64,000 nucleotides of DNA from contig JBCBZJ010000010.1 in NCBI GenBank assembly GCA_039815375.1, positions 39,588 through 103,587 of the forward strand. The letters are read 5' to 3'. The DNA comes from Verrucomicrobiota bacterium (GTDB lineage Bacteria; Verrucomicrobiota; Verrucomicrobiia; Opitutales; Coraliomargaritaceae). The first letter of the stretch is position 1, and every line of letters begins with the position of its first letter. Below, one piece after another: positions 52,891 to 62,718 of this stretch. Under the pieces are notes generated by a model that did not search any database, was not told the DNA's origin, and saw only the letters and a program-made list of their open reading frames with translations. The position numbers and the translations under genes were made by a program.

Positions 52891-52986
52891 AACTTTGAAC
52901 GTTCAACATCGAACACGGCATGTTGAACCGAGGTAGAGATAGCGCGATAAACTGAAGAGTTTTCAATGTTTGAGATCCAAAGTTCG

Positions 52987-52994
<8 letters not shown>
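52891..52994. repeat. Degenerate inverted heptamer repeat element
   Basis: Left arm AACTTTG-AACGTTC-AACATCG-AACA; right arm TTCAATG-TTTGAGA-TCCAAAG-TTCGATG-TTCGA. Confidence 0.5.
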
Positions 52995-54039
<1,045 letters not shown>

Positions 54040-54086
54040 AAACAGGAAGCCTGAGTAAAAAATGCAGAAATTTCATATTTCCGCTT

Positions 54087-54108
54087 TACTTTACTAAATA
54101 GTCATCTA
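54087..54108. promoter_or_regulatory. TetR operator candidate, copy 1 (TACTTTACTAAATAGTCATCTA)
   Basis: Identical 22-mer at 54815; palindromic core ACTA-AA-TAGT; 12 bp before the tetR ATG. Confidence 0.75.
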
Positions 54109-54120
54109 TAAATCCTGGGC

Positions 54121-54753
54121 ATGGGACGCACCAGCAATGCCAAGAATCAACTCCTCGACGCCATGGTCGATCTTATGTGGGAGCGCAGCTACGGCTCCCT
54201 CACCATTGATCTGATTTGCGAAAAAGCAGACGTCAAAAAAGGCAGCTTTTATTATTTCTTCAAGTCGAAGCTCGACCTTGGAATCGCTGCAATGGATCAC
54301 ATATGGGAACACCTGCAACCAACGGTCGACGCCAATTTTTCTCCCTCGCGGCCACCACTGGAGCGAATTGCAATTCAGGTCACTCAAGCCTACACCAAAA
54401 CAAAAGAGATCGCTGAGGAGCATGGATATGTGCTCGGATGCCCCTATTTCAATATAGGTGCGGAAATATCTACGATTGAGCCGGAACTTGTGGAAAAGGT
54501 AAATCAGCTTTTAGCCCGCTTCCAGCGCTACTTTGAAAACGCCGTTATTGAGGCCGTAGCCAACGACGATATCCCTGAAATCGATCCCAAAGAAGCAGGT
54601 CGTATCATCTTTAATCTCTATGAGGGGATGATCACACAGGCGCGGATGAAGAACGATGTGGAGCTGCTACGGGATCTGCCGATTGCTACGGCCCGAATCC
54701 TCGGGATCAAAGCCCTCCCACAGCTTGAAGCTGAGGCTGCACTGACCTCATAG
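54121..54753 (+). CDS. TetR-family regulator (NemR-like)
   Basis: KKGSFYYFFKSK HTH, GCPYFN. Confidence 0.92.
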   Translation: MGRTSNAKNQLLDAMVDLMWERSYGSLTIDLICEKADVKKGSFYYFFKSKLDLGIAAMDHIWEHLQPTVDANFSPSRPPLERIAIQVTQAYTKTKEIAEEHGYVLGCPYFNIGAEISTIEPELVEKVNQLLARFQRYFENAVIEAVANDDIPEIDPKEAGRIIFNLYEGMITQARMKNDVELLRDLPIATARILGIKALPQLEAEAALTS

Positions 54754-54776
54754 ATCTTCTAACATTTTCATCGCCG

Positions 54777-54805
54777 ACGCGGAGTCACCACACTCTGCGT
54801 TTTTT
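54777..54805 (+). terminator. Terminator-like hairpin after tetR
   Basis: ACGCGGAGT-CACCAC-ACTCTGCGT followed by TTTTT. Confidence 0.6.
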
Positions 54806-54814
54806 AAACCAAAA

Positions 54815-54836
54815 TACTTTACTAAATAGTCATCTA
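54815..54836. promoter_or_regulatory. TetR operator candidate, copy 2
   Basis: Exact repeat of 54087-54108, 13 bp before the first ORF of the efflux operon. Confidence 0.75.
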
Positions 54837-54849
54837 CAAAAGGGCTCAA

Positions 54850-55092
54850 ATGATCGGAATCAAAGACACACTCGAACTCACAGCCCCCATACACGGCGGT
54901 CAGCGCTTGGCAGACAGAGTCACCATCACAGACAAATCACGAGACGGCCAAGTAGCAGAATTTCAAAAGGCAAACCCGGGCTCGATCTCTGCGACCTACC
55001 CGAAAGGAAAACGAGCAAAGAGCACCGACCTGATACCGTTGCCCGGCATGCTAGACACTCTGCGCAACTATCAGACCAAAACAGCAGCATAG
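54850..55092 (+). CDS. Small hypothetical protein heading the efflux operon
   Basis: 80-aa ATG ORF between the operator and the outer-membrane factor gene. Confidence 0.55.
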   Translation: MIGIKDTLELTAPIHGGQRLADRVTITDKSRDGQVAEFQKANPGSISATYPKGKRAKSTDLIPLPGMLDTLRNYQTKTAA

Positions 55093-55117
55093 ACAGGGAG
55101 AAACAAAACGACTCGTC

Positions 55118-56491
55118 ATGAAAAAGATCAGCTACTTGAACGCCCTTCTTGCCATCCTGCTTCTCTCCGGATGCAGCATAGGCAGAGATTACGCACGCCC
55201 GGAAACTGCAGCCCCAACGGCTTACTCTCAGCCTACGCCCGAGGCAGAAATCAATGTAGAGCACTGGATCGAACTCTACGATGACGCAATACTTGCACAG
55301 CTCGTCAAACGGGCGCGCGAACACAACCACAACATCGCCGCGCTCTATCAACGAACGCTCCAATCCCGCGCAATCATTGATCGTGAGCGTGCCGAGCGCC
55401 GACCACAACTCAATGCAGACGGAAGCTACTCGCGCACCCAGGAGTCAGAAGAGCTCGGTTTCTCAGGCGATGCAGACGACTTTTACTCCGGCGGCCTGAC
55501 ATTAGGCTGGGAGATCGACCTATTCGGCCGTGTCAGCCGTCTCGTCGAGGCGGCCAAGGCCGATGCACTCGCGACAGAGGCCGCTTATCAGGATCTGCTC
55601 CTCGTTACTGAGACCGATGTCGCGATCAACTATTACCGGCTCCGTGCCCTCGAACGTGAAATTGAAGCCGTCAAACGTAGTGTAGAAACCCGTCGCCAAT
55701 CACTCGACATTGTCCGCAAACGTTTCGAAAGCGGCATCGTTAGCGATCTTGATGTCGCCCAATCGGAAACGCTGCTAGCAGATTCTGAAGCCGAGATGTT
55801 CGCATTACTGCGCAGCCGCGACGCTCGCGAGCACGCTATTGCTGTCCTGACTGGACAACCGGCTCCCGATTTCAATCTCGAAGTGACTGCACTTACCGGT
55901 GCGCCGGTTGACGCACCGGTTGGGCTTCCATCGGCATTACTTCAACGCCGCCCAGACCTACGCCAGGCCGAATTTGCACTACAGGCATCCAATGCCCGAG
56001 TCGGTGTCGCCAACGCAAATTTCTTTCCACGCATCACGATCGGAGGTGACGCAGGCTATGCGGCGCTCGATGCTGGCGACTGGTTCCAGAACACAGCCGG
56101 CTTCTACAGCATTGGTCCACAGATCAGCTTACCCATTTTCCAAGGCGGTCGTCTACGCGCCGAGCTCAATCGCAGCGAAGCCACCTACGCCGAGAGCCTT
56201 GAACTCTATAAGCAAGCCATTCTTGAAGCATTTGCCGAGGTCGAGGATGCCCTCTCCGGATGGCGCTACCTCTCCGTTCAAAGAGCCGCTCGCGAACGCG
56301 CCGCATCTGCTGCTGCCCGTGCACAGTCCATATCCGACAAGCAATACCAAAGCGGGTTGGTCGACTTTATCTCCGCGCTCGACTCAGAGCGTGTCGCCCT
56401 CGATGCCGAGCGCCGCCTGGCTCAAGTCATCGGCGACGAATATGAAAACTCCATCCGACTTATCCGCTCTGTCGGCGGCTCATGGGAATAA
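55118..56491 (+). CDS. RND efflux outer-membrane lipoprotein (NodT/OprN-like)
   Basis: Lipobox LSGC, WEIDLFGR, PSALLQRRPDL, GGSW C-terminus. Confidence 0.92.
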   Translation: MKKISYLNALLAILLLSGCSIGRDYARPETAAPTAYSQPTPEAEINVEHWIELYDDAILAQLVKRAREHNHNIAALYQRTLQSRAIIDRERAERRPQLNADGSYSRTQESEELGFSGDADDFYSGGLTLGWEIDLFGRVSRLVEAAKADALATEAAYQDLLLVTETDVAINYYRLRALEREIEAVKRSVETRRQSLDIVRKRFESGIVSDLDVAQSETLLADSEAEMFALLRSRDAREHAIAVLTGQPAPDFNLEVTALTGAPVDAPVGLPSALLQRRPDLRQAEFALQASNARVGVANANFFPRITIGGDAGYAALDAGDWFQNTAGFYSIGPQISLPIFQGGRLRAELNRSEATYAESLELYKQAILEAFAEVEDALSGWRYLSVQRAARERAASAAARAQSISDKQYQSGLVDFISALDSERVALDAERRLAQVIGDEYENSIRLIRSVGGSWE

Positions 56492-56559
56492 CTCAGTAAT
56501 CCAAATCACTATCGAAATCGGTCCCTACTTTAAAACAAATCGACGCAACGAACAATCAC

Positions 56560-57687
56560 ATGAAAACGCTCACCACACTTACTATCACGCTTCCTCTCAT
56601 TGCGCTTCTAACAGGATGCGGCAAAAAAGAATCCGTTCAGCAAGCGCCACAAGCTCTCCCTGTTCAAGTCGCCGCACCCCTGCAGAAGCCGGTCATTGAA
56701 TACGCTCAATTCACGGGACGTCTCGAAGCCGTGGAGATGGTCGAGGTGAAACCCCGTGTCAGTGGCTACATCGAATCTGTAAATTTTGAAGAAGGCGAGA
56801 AAGTCAGTAAAGGCGACCTACTCTTCATCATAGACCCGCGTCCCTTTCAGGCACAGGTCAATCGACTGAAAGCTCAGCTCCAGCAGCAGGAAGCCGCCCT
56901 TTCCCTCGCTCAGGCTAATCTCAAGCGTGCCGAAAGCCTGATTGAAGTCGCAGCGATCAGTCAGGAAGAAGCAGACATTCGCCGCAGCGAATCCCTTCAG
57001 GCGGAAGCCGACCTTGCCGCGGCAAAAGCAGAACTCGAAGCCGCCGAGCTGGACCTAAGCTTTACACAAATCATGGCACCGATCGATGGAATCGCAGACC
57101 GCTTCCAGGCAACCACCGGTAACCTCGTTACCGGAGATGTGACAACGCTCACAACCATTGTGCCCCACGATCCCATCTACGCCTACTACGAAATCGACGA
57201 GCGTTCCTTCCTCGCAGGTGTGCGTCGCTACTTCGATGGCGAGTCACCCGGCCGTGGCTCAGACGTCCAGATACCCGCTTATCTCGGCTTGGATGACGAA
57301 GACGGCTTCCCGCACGAAGGCATCATCGACTTTGCCTCGAACCAGCTCGATCCGGATACCGCGACGATCACGATCCGGGCACTCTTCGAAAATGAAAACG
57401 AGTTCCTCACACCAGGTCTCTTTGCTCGAATCCGAGTGCCAGTCTCCCGAGAGAAAGAACGTATCCTAATTCCCGATACAGCCATCGGCACTGACCAGAA
57501 CCTTAAATACGTCTGGGTGGTTAGCGAAGGCAACACACCCGAGCGACGTATTATCGAACTCGGCCCAAAGCACGAAGGCTACCGCATCGTTCATAAAGGG
57601 CTTAGCCAGGAAGACAGGTTTGTCGTCAAGGGCATTCAGTTCATACGCCCTGGAGTGACCTTGGATCCGCAGGAAACACAGATCTAA
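56560..57687 (+). CDS. RND periplasmic adaptor (MexE-like)
   Basis: Lipobox LTGC, VEVKPRVSGYI, IDPRPF, LTPGLFAR. Confidence 0.92.
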   Translation: MKTLTTLTITLPLIALLTGCGKKESVQQAPQALPVQVAAPLQKPVIEYAQFTGRLEAVEMVEVKPRVSGYIESVNFEEGEKVSKGDLLFIIDPRPFQAQVNRLKAQLQQQEAALSLAQANLKRAESLIEVAAISQEEADIRRSESLQAEADLAAAKAELEAAELDLSFTQIMAPIDGIADRFQATTGNLVTGDVTTLTTIVPHDPIYAYYEIDERSFLAGVRRYFDGESPGRGSDVQIPAYLGLDDEDGFPHEGIIDFASNQLDPDTATITIRALFENENEFLTPGLFARIRVPVSREKERILIPDTAIGTDQNLKYVWVVSEGNTPERRIIELGPKHEGYRIVHKGLSQEDRFVVKGIQFIRPGVTLDPQETQI

Positions 57688-57724
57688 CAGATCAATACTT
57701 CAGAACTTTAGAATATTTAATCTG

Positions 57725-60700
57725 ATGAACCTTTCTCACTTTTTTATTAAACGTCCGCGCTTCGCCATCGTCCTTTCGATCGTGCTCACCATTGCCGGCG
57801 TTGTCTCCTATCCAAACCTTCCGGTGGCACAGTTTCCGGAAGTCGCACCCCCTACCGTCGTCATCCGCGCGAGCTATCCCGGCGCAACACCGGAGACCAT
57901 CGCCGATACCGTAGCCACACCACTCGAACAGGAAATCAATGGGGTCGAAGGCATGCTCTACATGTCCTCTCAAGCGACGACCGATGGCGCGCTCGCCATC
58001 ACCGTGACCTTCGAACTCGGCACCGATCTTGATAGCGCTCAGGTCCTTGTCCAAAACCGCGTCGCTATTGCTGAGCCGCGCCTACCCGAGGAAGTTCAAC
58101 GTATCGGAATTACGGTCAGCAAGAGCTCACCCGACCTGCTCCTCGTCGTGCAGATGTTCTCACCAGAAGGAACCTACGACGACCTCTACGTCAGCAACTA
58201 CGCTATCGGCCAAGTCCGGGAGAACCTACGCCGCATCGAAGGCGTGGGAGATGTGCGCCTCTTCGGTGCTCGGGAATACTCGATGCGTATCTGGCTCGAT
58301 CCGGAGAAGCTATCGTCACTCGACATGATCCCGCAGGATGTCGTTGCCGCTCTGCGCGAGCAGAATGTTCAGGTCGCCGCAGGAGTCATCGGCCAAAATC
58401 CAACCACTAGCGGTAATGCCTTTCAATACAGCGTTAACACACTTGGCCGTCTGACTGAAGAGGGAGAGTTCGAGAACGTTGTCGTTAAGACCGGCGACGA
58501 TGGGCAGGTCGTTCGCCTCCGCGACGTCGCTCGGGTCGAGCTCGGCGCACTCGACTATGGCGTCATCAATTATGCCACGGATATCCGGTCCCTCGCCATG
58601 CCGATCTTCCAGCGCCCCGGCTCGAACGCCCTCGAAACCGCACAACGCATTCGCAGTGCGATGGAGGAAATGAGCGAGGACTTCCCCGACGATCTGGTCT
58701 ACAAAATCATCTACGATCCCACTACGTTCATCCAGCAATCGATCGATGCAGTCGGCATCACCCTGCTGCAGGCGATCTTCTTCGTAGTCGTCGTCATCAT
58801 CGTCTTCCTGCAGTCCTGGCGTGCGGCGGTTATTCCCCTGCTTGCGATACCCATTTCACTCGTCGCGACCTTTGCCGTGATGCAGCTGCTCGGATTCTCA
58901 CTCAACAATCTGACGCTCTTCGGGCTCGTGCTCGCTATCGGCATCGTAGTCGACGACGCCATCGTCGTAGTCGAAAACATCCAGCGAAATATCGACGAAG
59001 GCAAAAGCCCGGTCCAGGCCGCCTTTGACTCGATGAGCGAAGTCACCGGCGCGATTATCGCGACCTCGCTCGTCATGATTGCCATCTTTGTGCCCACCAG
59101 CTTCATCCCAGGCATCTCCGGTCAGTTCTACCAGCAGTTCGCTCTCACCATTGCCGGCTCAGTTGTGATCTCGACTTTTGTCTCACTTAGCCTGAGTCCA
59201 GCCCTTGGTGCGCTTCTCCTTCGACCCAGCGATGGTAAAGCCGACGCCTTCACCAAGGTCTACATGTTCCTCTTCGGCTGGTTCTTCAAAAGCTTCAACT
59301 GGCTCTTCGAAAAAGTCACTTTAGGCTATACCGGTGTCATCCGTCGCATCGTGCGTCTCGGCTTCGCGGTAATCATTGTCTACGGCGGCATCCTCGCTCT
59401 CACCTTCTTCGGCTTCAGCAAAGTGCCGGTTGGCTTTATCCCTCAGCAAGACCAGGGCTACGCGATCATCGTGGGCCAACTACCCGACGGGGCTTCGTTG
59501 GAGCGCACCGACGCCCTCGTTCGCGACATCGTCGATATCGCCATGACGGTTGACGGCATCGAAGGTGCCGTCGCCTTTGCCGGCTTCAACGGCGCTACGT
59601 TCACCAATAGCCCAAATTCAGCTGCGATCTTCACGCCCTTCGAATCTTTCGACACGCGCGTGAAGACAGGCCGTGATGCCGATACCATTATCAACGAGCT
59701 GCGCCAGAAACTTGGCGGCACACAAGAGGCCTTCGTTTTCGTCATCGCCCCGCCCTCCGTTCGCGGCATCGGCAATGGAGGCGGCTTCAAAATGCAGCTG
59801 CGAGACCGGGCAGGGCTAGGCCCGCAAGCGCTGGAGGCAACTGCCTGGCAACTGGCCGGCGCAGCCAATCAAGAACCTTCGATTACCCAGACCTTCACCA
59901 GCTATCGTGCGAATGTGCCACAATACTATGCTGAGGTAAACCGCACCAAAGCCAAGATGCTCAACGTGCCACTCGGCAATATTTTCGATACCATGCAGAT
60001 CTATCTCGGCTCGCTCTTCGTCAACGACATGAACCTCTTTGGCCGCACCTACCGAGTCACCGCTCAAGCCGATGCTGAATTCCGCGACGAGCCCGACGAC
60101 CTCTACCGCCTCAAAACGCGCAGTGCCGATGGCAACATCGTCCCACTCGCCTCTCTCGTAGAACTGCAAAACTCATCCGGCCCCGATCGCTACGTGCGCT
60201 ACAATCTCTACTCCTCCGCTGCCGTTCAGGGCAGCACAACCGCAGGCTATTCCACCGGTGAATCCCTCGCCGCAATGGAGCGTCTCGCCGAGGAGATTCT
60301 CCCGCGGGGCATGGACTATGAATGGACCGAGCTCGCCTACCAACAAAAGATCGCAGGTGGTGGACAATGGGCCTTCATCCTCGCAGTAGTCTTCGTCTTT
60401 TTCGTGCTCGTTGCACAGTATGAAAACTGGACCCTTCCCATGGCGATCATGCTGATCGTTCCGCTCAGTTTAAGTGGCGGCATTGCCTTCGTCATCCTCC
60501 GAGGCTTCGACAATAATATCCTCACCCAAATCGGCTTCGTCGTGCTGATCGGTCTAGCGGCAAAGAATGCAATCCTGATTGTGGAGTTCGCCAAGCAGAA
60601 GCAGGATGAAGGTCTCGACCGCTTTCAGGCTGCGCTCGAAGCCAGCCGACTACGCCTGCGACCCATCCTAATGACCGCCTTCTCCTTCATCTTGGGCGTC

Positions 60701-60859
60701 GTGCCTCTCGTCGCAGCAACGGGTGCAGGTGCCGAAATGCGTCAAGCCCTAGGCACCGCTGTATTCGGCGGAATGCTGGGCGTCACCATCTTCGGAATCT
60801 TTATGACCCCCGTCTTCTACGTCCTGATCCAAGGTCTTACCCAGAAAAAGCCCGCGTAG
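57725..60859 (+). CDS. HAE1 RND efflux permease (MexF-like)
   Basis: FFIKRPRFA, GIVVDDAIVVVEN, AKNAILIVEF, RLRPILMT. Confidence 0.95.
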   Translation: MNLSHFFIKRPRFAIVLSIVLTIAGVVSYPNLPVAQFPEVAPPTVVIRASYPGATPETIADTVATPLEQEINGVEGMLYMSSQATTDGALAITVTFELGTDLDSAQVLVQNRVAIAEPRLPEEVQRIGITVSKSSPDLLLVVQMFSPEGTYDDLYVSNYAIGQVRENLRRIEGVGDVRLFGAREYSMRIWLDPEKLSSLDMIPQDVVAALREQNVQVAAGVIGQNPTTSGNAFQYSVNTLGRLTEEGEFENVVVKTGDDGQVVRLRDVARVELGALDYGVINYATDIRSLAMPIFQRPGSNALETAQRIRSAMEEMSEDFPDDLVYKIIYDPTTFIQQSIDAVGITLLQAIFFVVVVIIVFLQSWRAAVIPLLAIPISLVATFAVMQLLGFSLNNLTLFGLVLAIGIVVDDAIVVVENIQRNIDEGKSPVQAAFDSMSEVTGAIIATSLVMIAIFVPTSFIPGISGQFYQQFALTIAGSVVISTFVSLSLSPALGALLLRPSDGKADAFTKVYMFLFGWFFKSFNWLFEKVTLGYTGVIRRIVRLGFAVIIVYGGILALTFFGFSKVPVGFIPQQDQGYAIIVGQLPDGASLERTDALVRDIVDIAMTVDGIEGAVAFAGFNGATFTNSPNSAAIFTPFESFDTRVKTGRDADTIINELRQKLGGTQEAFVFVIAPPSVRGIGNGGGFKMQLRDRAGLGPQALEATAWQLAGAANQEPSITQTFTSYRANVPQYYAEVNRTKAKMLNVPLGNIFDTMQIYLGSLFVNDMNLFGRTYRVTAQADAEFRDEPDDLYRLKTRSADGNIVPLASLVELQNSSGPDRYVRYNLYSSAAVQGSTTAGYSTGESLAAMERLAEEILPRGMDYEWTELAYQQKIAGGGQWAFILAVVFVFFVLVAQYENWTLPMAIMLIVPLSLSGGIAFVILRGFDNNILTQIGFVVLIGLAAKNAILIVEFAKQKQDEGLDRFQAALEASRLRLRPILMTAFSFILGVVPLVAATGAGAEMRQALGTAVFGGMLGVTIFGIFMTPVFYVLIQGLTQKKPA

Positions 60860-60992
60860 GATCTATATGATAAACTATAACAGAGCCGGTTCGTTTTTAA
60901 GACAGACTCGAAAGGGATTTCAGTTTTGAACGATCATACAATTCACATCCGAAAACGAAATTTCACCGGTCGACTCTAACTAAACTACTTCT

Positions 60993-62348
60993 ATGGCCAC
61001 AACCACACTCACCGAAGGTCCGCTACCTGCGCATATCCGCAGCATCGCGCTCCCGCTCAGCATTGGGTTCTTTTTTAATACCATGTATAACGTGGTCGAC
61101 TCATTCTACGCGGGGCAGGTGTCGACTTCGGCACTCGCCGCGATGGCGCTGTCTTTTCCAGTGTTTTTCATCATTCTCGCATTAAGCGAAGGTGTGGCAC
61201 GTGGCACCTCGGCTCTCGTGGCTGGAGCGATTGGGGCCAAGGACGACTCGAAGGAGCAGACTCTGACCGTCCAAGTGTTTTCCCTGGGCCTGATCTTCGC
61301 AGTGGCGATGACTTTTGTGGGACTGACCGCAGCAACACCTCTATTCAAACTGATGGGAGCTTCCGGCGAATCGTTGGACGTCGCCGTCGAGTATATTACA
61401 CCCCTCTTCATCGGCTCATCGTTTTTCCTTTTAAGTAGTTTGAGCAATGCGATTCTCCTCGCACATGGAGACAGCAAGACGTTCAGCAAAGTGCTGGTTA
61501 TCGGGTTCTTCCTCAATCTGCTATTCAACCCCTGGTTCCTCTACGGAGGCTTCGGTGTGCCGGCCCTCGGCATCGCCGGCATCGCCTGGGCGACTGTTCT
61601 GATTCAGGCACTCGGCGGGCTTTTCTTGTTCTCCACTGTTTTGCGCCGAGGCTATCTTTCGTTTGGCCAGCTCCTCAAACAAACGCCTCAACTCAAAATA
61701 TACGGTGAGATTTTGAGGCAGGGGATCCCCACGAGCTTCAGCTTCATGTCCATCGCACTCGGGTTCTTCGTCACCACCTACTACCTCAACACCTTTGGCG
61801 ATGTCGCCGTCGCCGCATTTGGAGTCGGCACACGTATTGAGCAGATCGCCCTACTGCCAGCCATCGGACTCGGCTCAGCAATCGTATCGATTGTCGGCCA
61901 AAACAACGGCGCCGGTAAAATGGACCGCGTCCAAGAGTGCGTGCGACTCTGCGTCCGATATGGATTTTTCCTTATCATCGCGGCATCCCTGCCCATGTTC
62001 CTCTTCGCGGAGCAACTGGTAGGCGTCTTTACAGATGATCCCGCCGTTATCAAAACCGGTGCCCGCTATGCCAAAATCATGGCCTTCATCCAGTGGTCCT
62101 ATGTCGTGACTTTTACCTACACTGGCTTTCTTCAGGCCGTGAAGCGCCCCGGCTATGGCTTCGTAGAATCCGTGATCCGGAAAATCATATTACCCATCTC
62201 CATTTTCTACCTTCTAGTCACAGTCATGCAGGTCAGCCTCGATACCTTCTGGTTCGGCATGGTCGGCATCAATGTTGTGATGGCCATAGTCACAGTCCTC
62301 TACGGCCGGTGGACCTTGAAGCGACTCGTAGCCGGCACACTCTCCTAG
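60993..62348 (+). CDS. MATE-family efflux transporter
   Basis: YNVVDSFYAG, GDSKT, GIAGIAWAT, GQNNGA; about 12 TM segments. Confidence 0.9.
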   Translation: MATTTLTEGPLPAHIRSIALPLSIGFFFNTMYNVVDSFYAGQVSTSALAAMALSFPVFFIILALSEGVARGTSALVAGAIGAKDDSKEQTLTVQVFSLGLIFAVAMTFVGLTAATPLFKLMGASGESLDVAVEYITPLFIGSSFFLLSSLSNAILLAHGDSKTFSKVLVIGFFLNLLFNPWFLYGGFGVPALGIAGIAWATVLIQALGGLFLFSTVLRRGYLSFGQLLKQTPQLKIYGEILRQGIPTSFSFMSIALGFFVTTYYLNTFGDVAVAAFGVGTRIEQIALLPAIGLGSAIVSIVGQNNGAGKMDRVQECVRLCVRYGFFLIIAASLPMFLFAEQLVGVFTDDPAVIKTGARYAKIMAFIQWSYVVTFTYTGFLQAVKRPGYGFVESVIRKIILPISIFYLLVTVMQVSLDTFWFGMVGINVVMAIVTVLYGRWTLKRLVAGTLS

Positions 62349-62568
62349 AAATATTGCAACCGCTTCATCTGGATGACGTTCAGGCTGGCCACTTAATCTC
62401 GCCGGCCGAGCGATTTCTTCCGGCGTAGCTTTGTATTCATTTTTTAACCACAGTTTGATGCGGATTAACACAGATTGGGCTATTTCATAAACAGCAAGAG
62501 CATCCCTTTTATTCCTAATTCAGTCCAACATCACCTCCAAAAATTTAGACTGACCTTCATACCACCTC

Positions 62569-62649
62569 GTAACTTCGGTTCTCAGAAATTGAGAAAAGAT
62601 CAGAACCCATAAGAAGATCCTCATGTAGCTTCGGTTCTCGAAACCGGAG
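62569..62649. repeat. Two REP-like short palindromic repeats
   Basis: GTAACTTCGGTTCTCAGAAATTGAG (62569) and GTAGCTTCGGTTCTCGAAACCGGAG (62625); GTAG plus hairpin architecture. Confidence 0.4.
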
Positions 62650-62718
62650 GAGCCTGCCTTTTCCTCAAAACGAAATCCCAAGGCGACGCGCATTCAGATC
62701 GAAAAGATCAAGCCAAGC

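Noticed and set aside
55899..56699. 266-aa alternative-frame ORF in the efflux operon
   Set aside because: Overlaps well-supported outer-membrane factor and adaptor genes; Ser/Pro/Arg-rich composition typical of an off-frame translation.
62349..62718. attC sites or gene cassettes downstream of intI
   Set aside because: No RYYYAAC...GTTRRRY pair with an internal palindrome and no cassette-like ORF was found.
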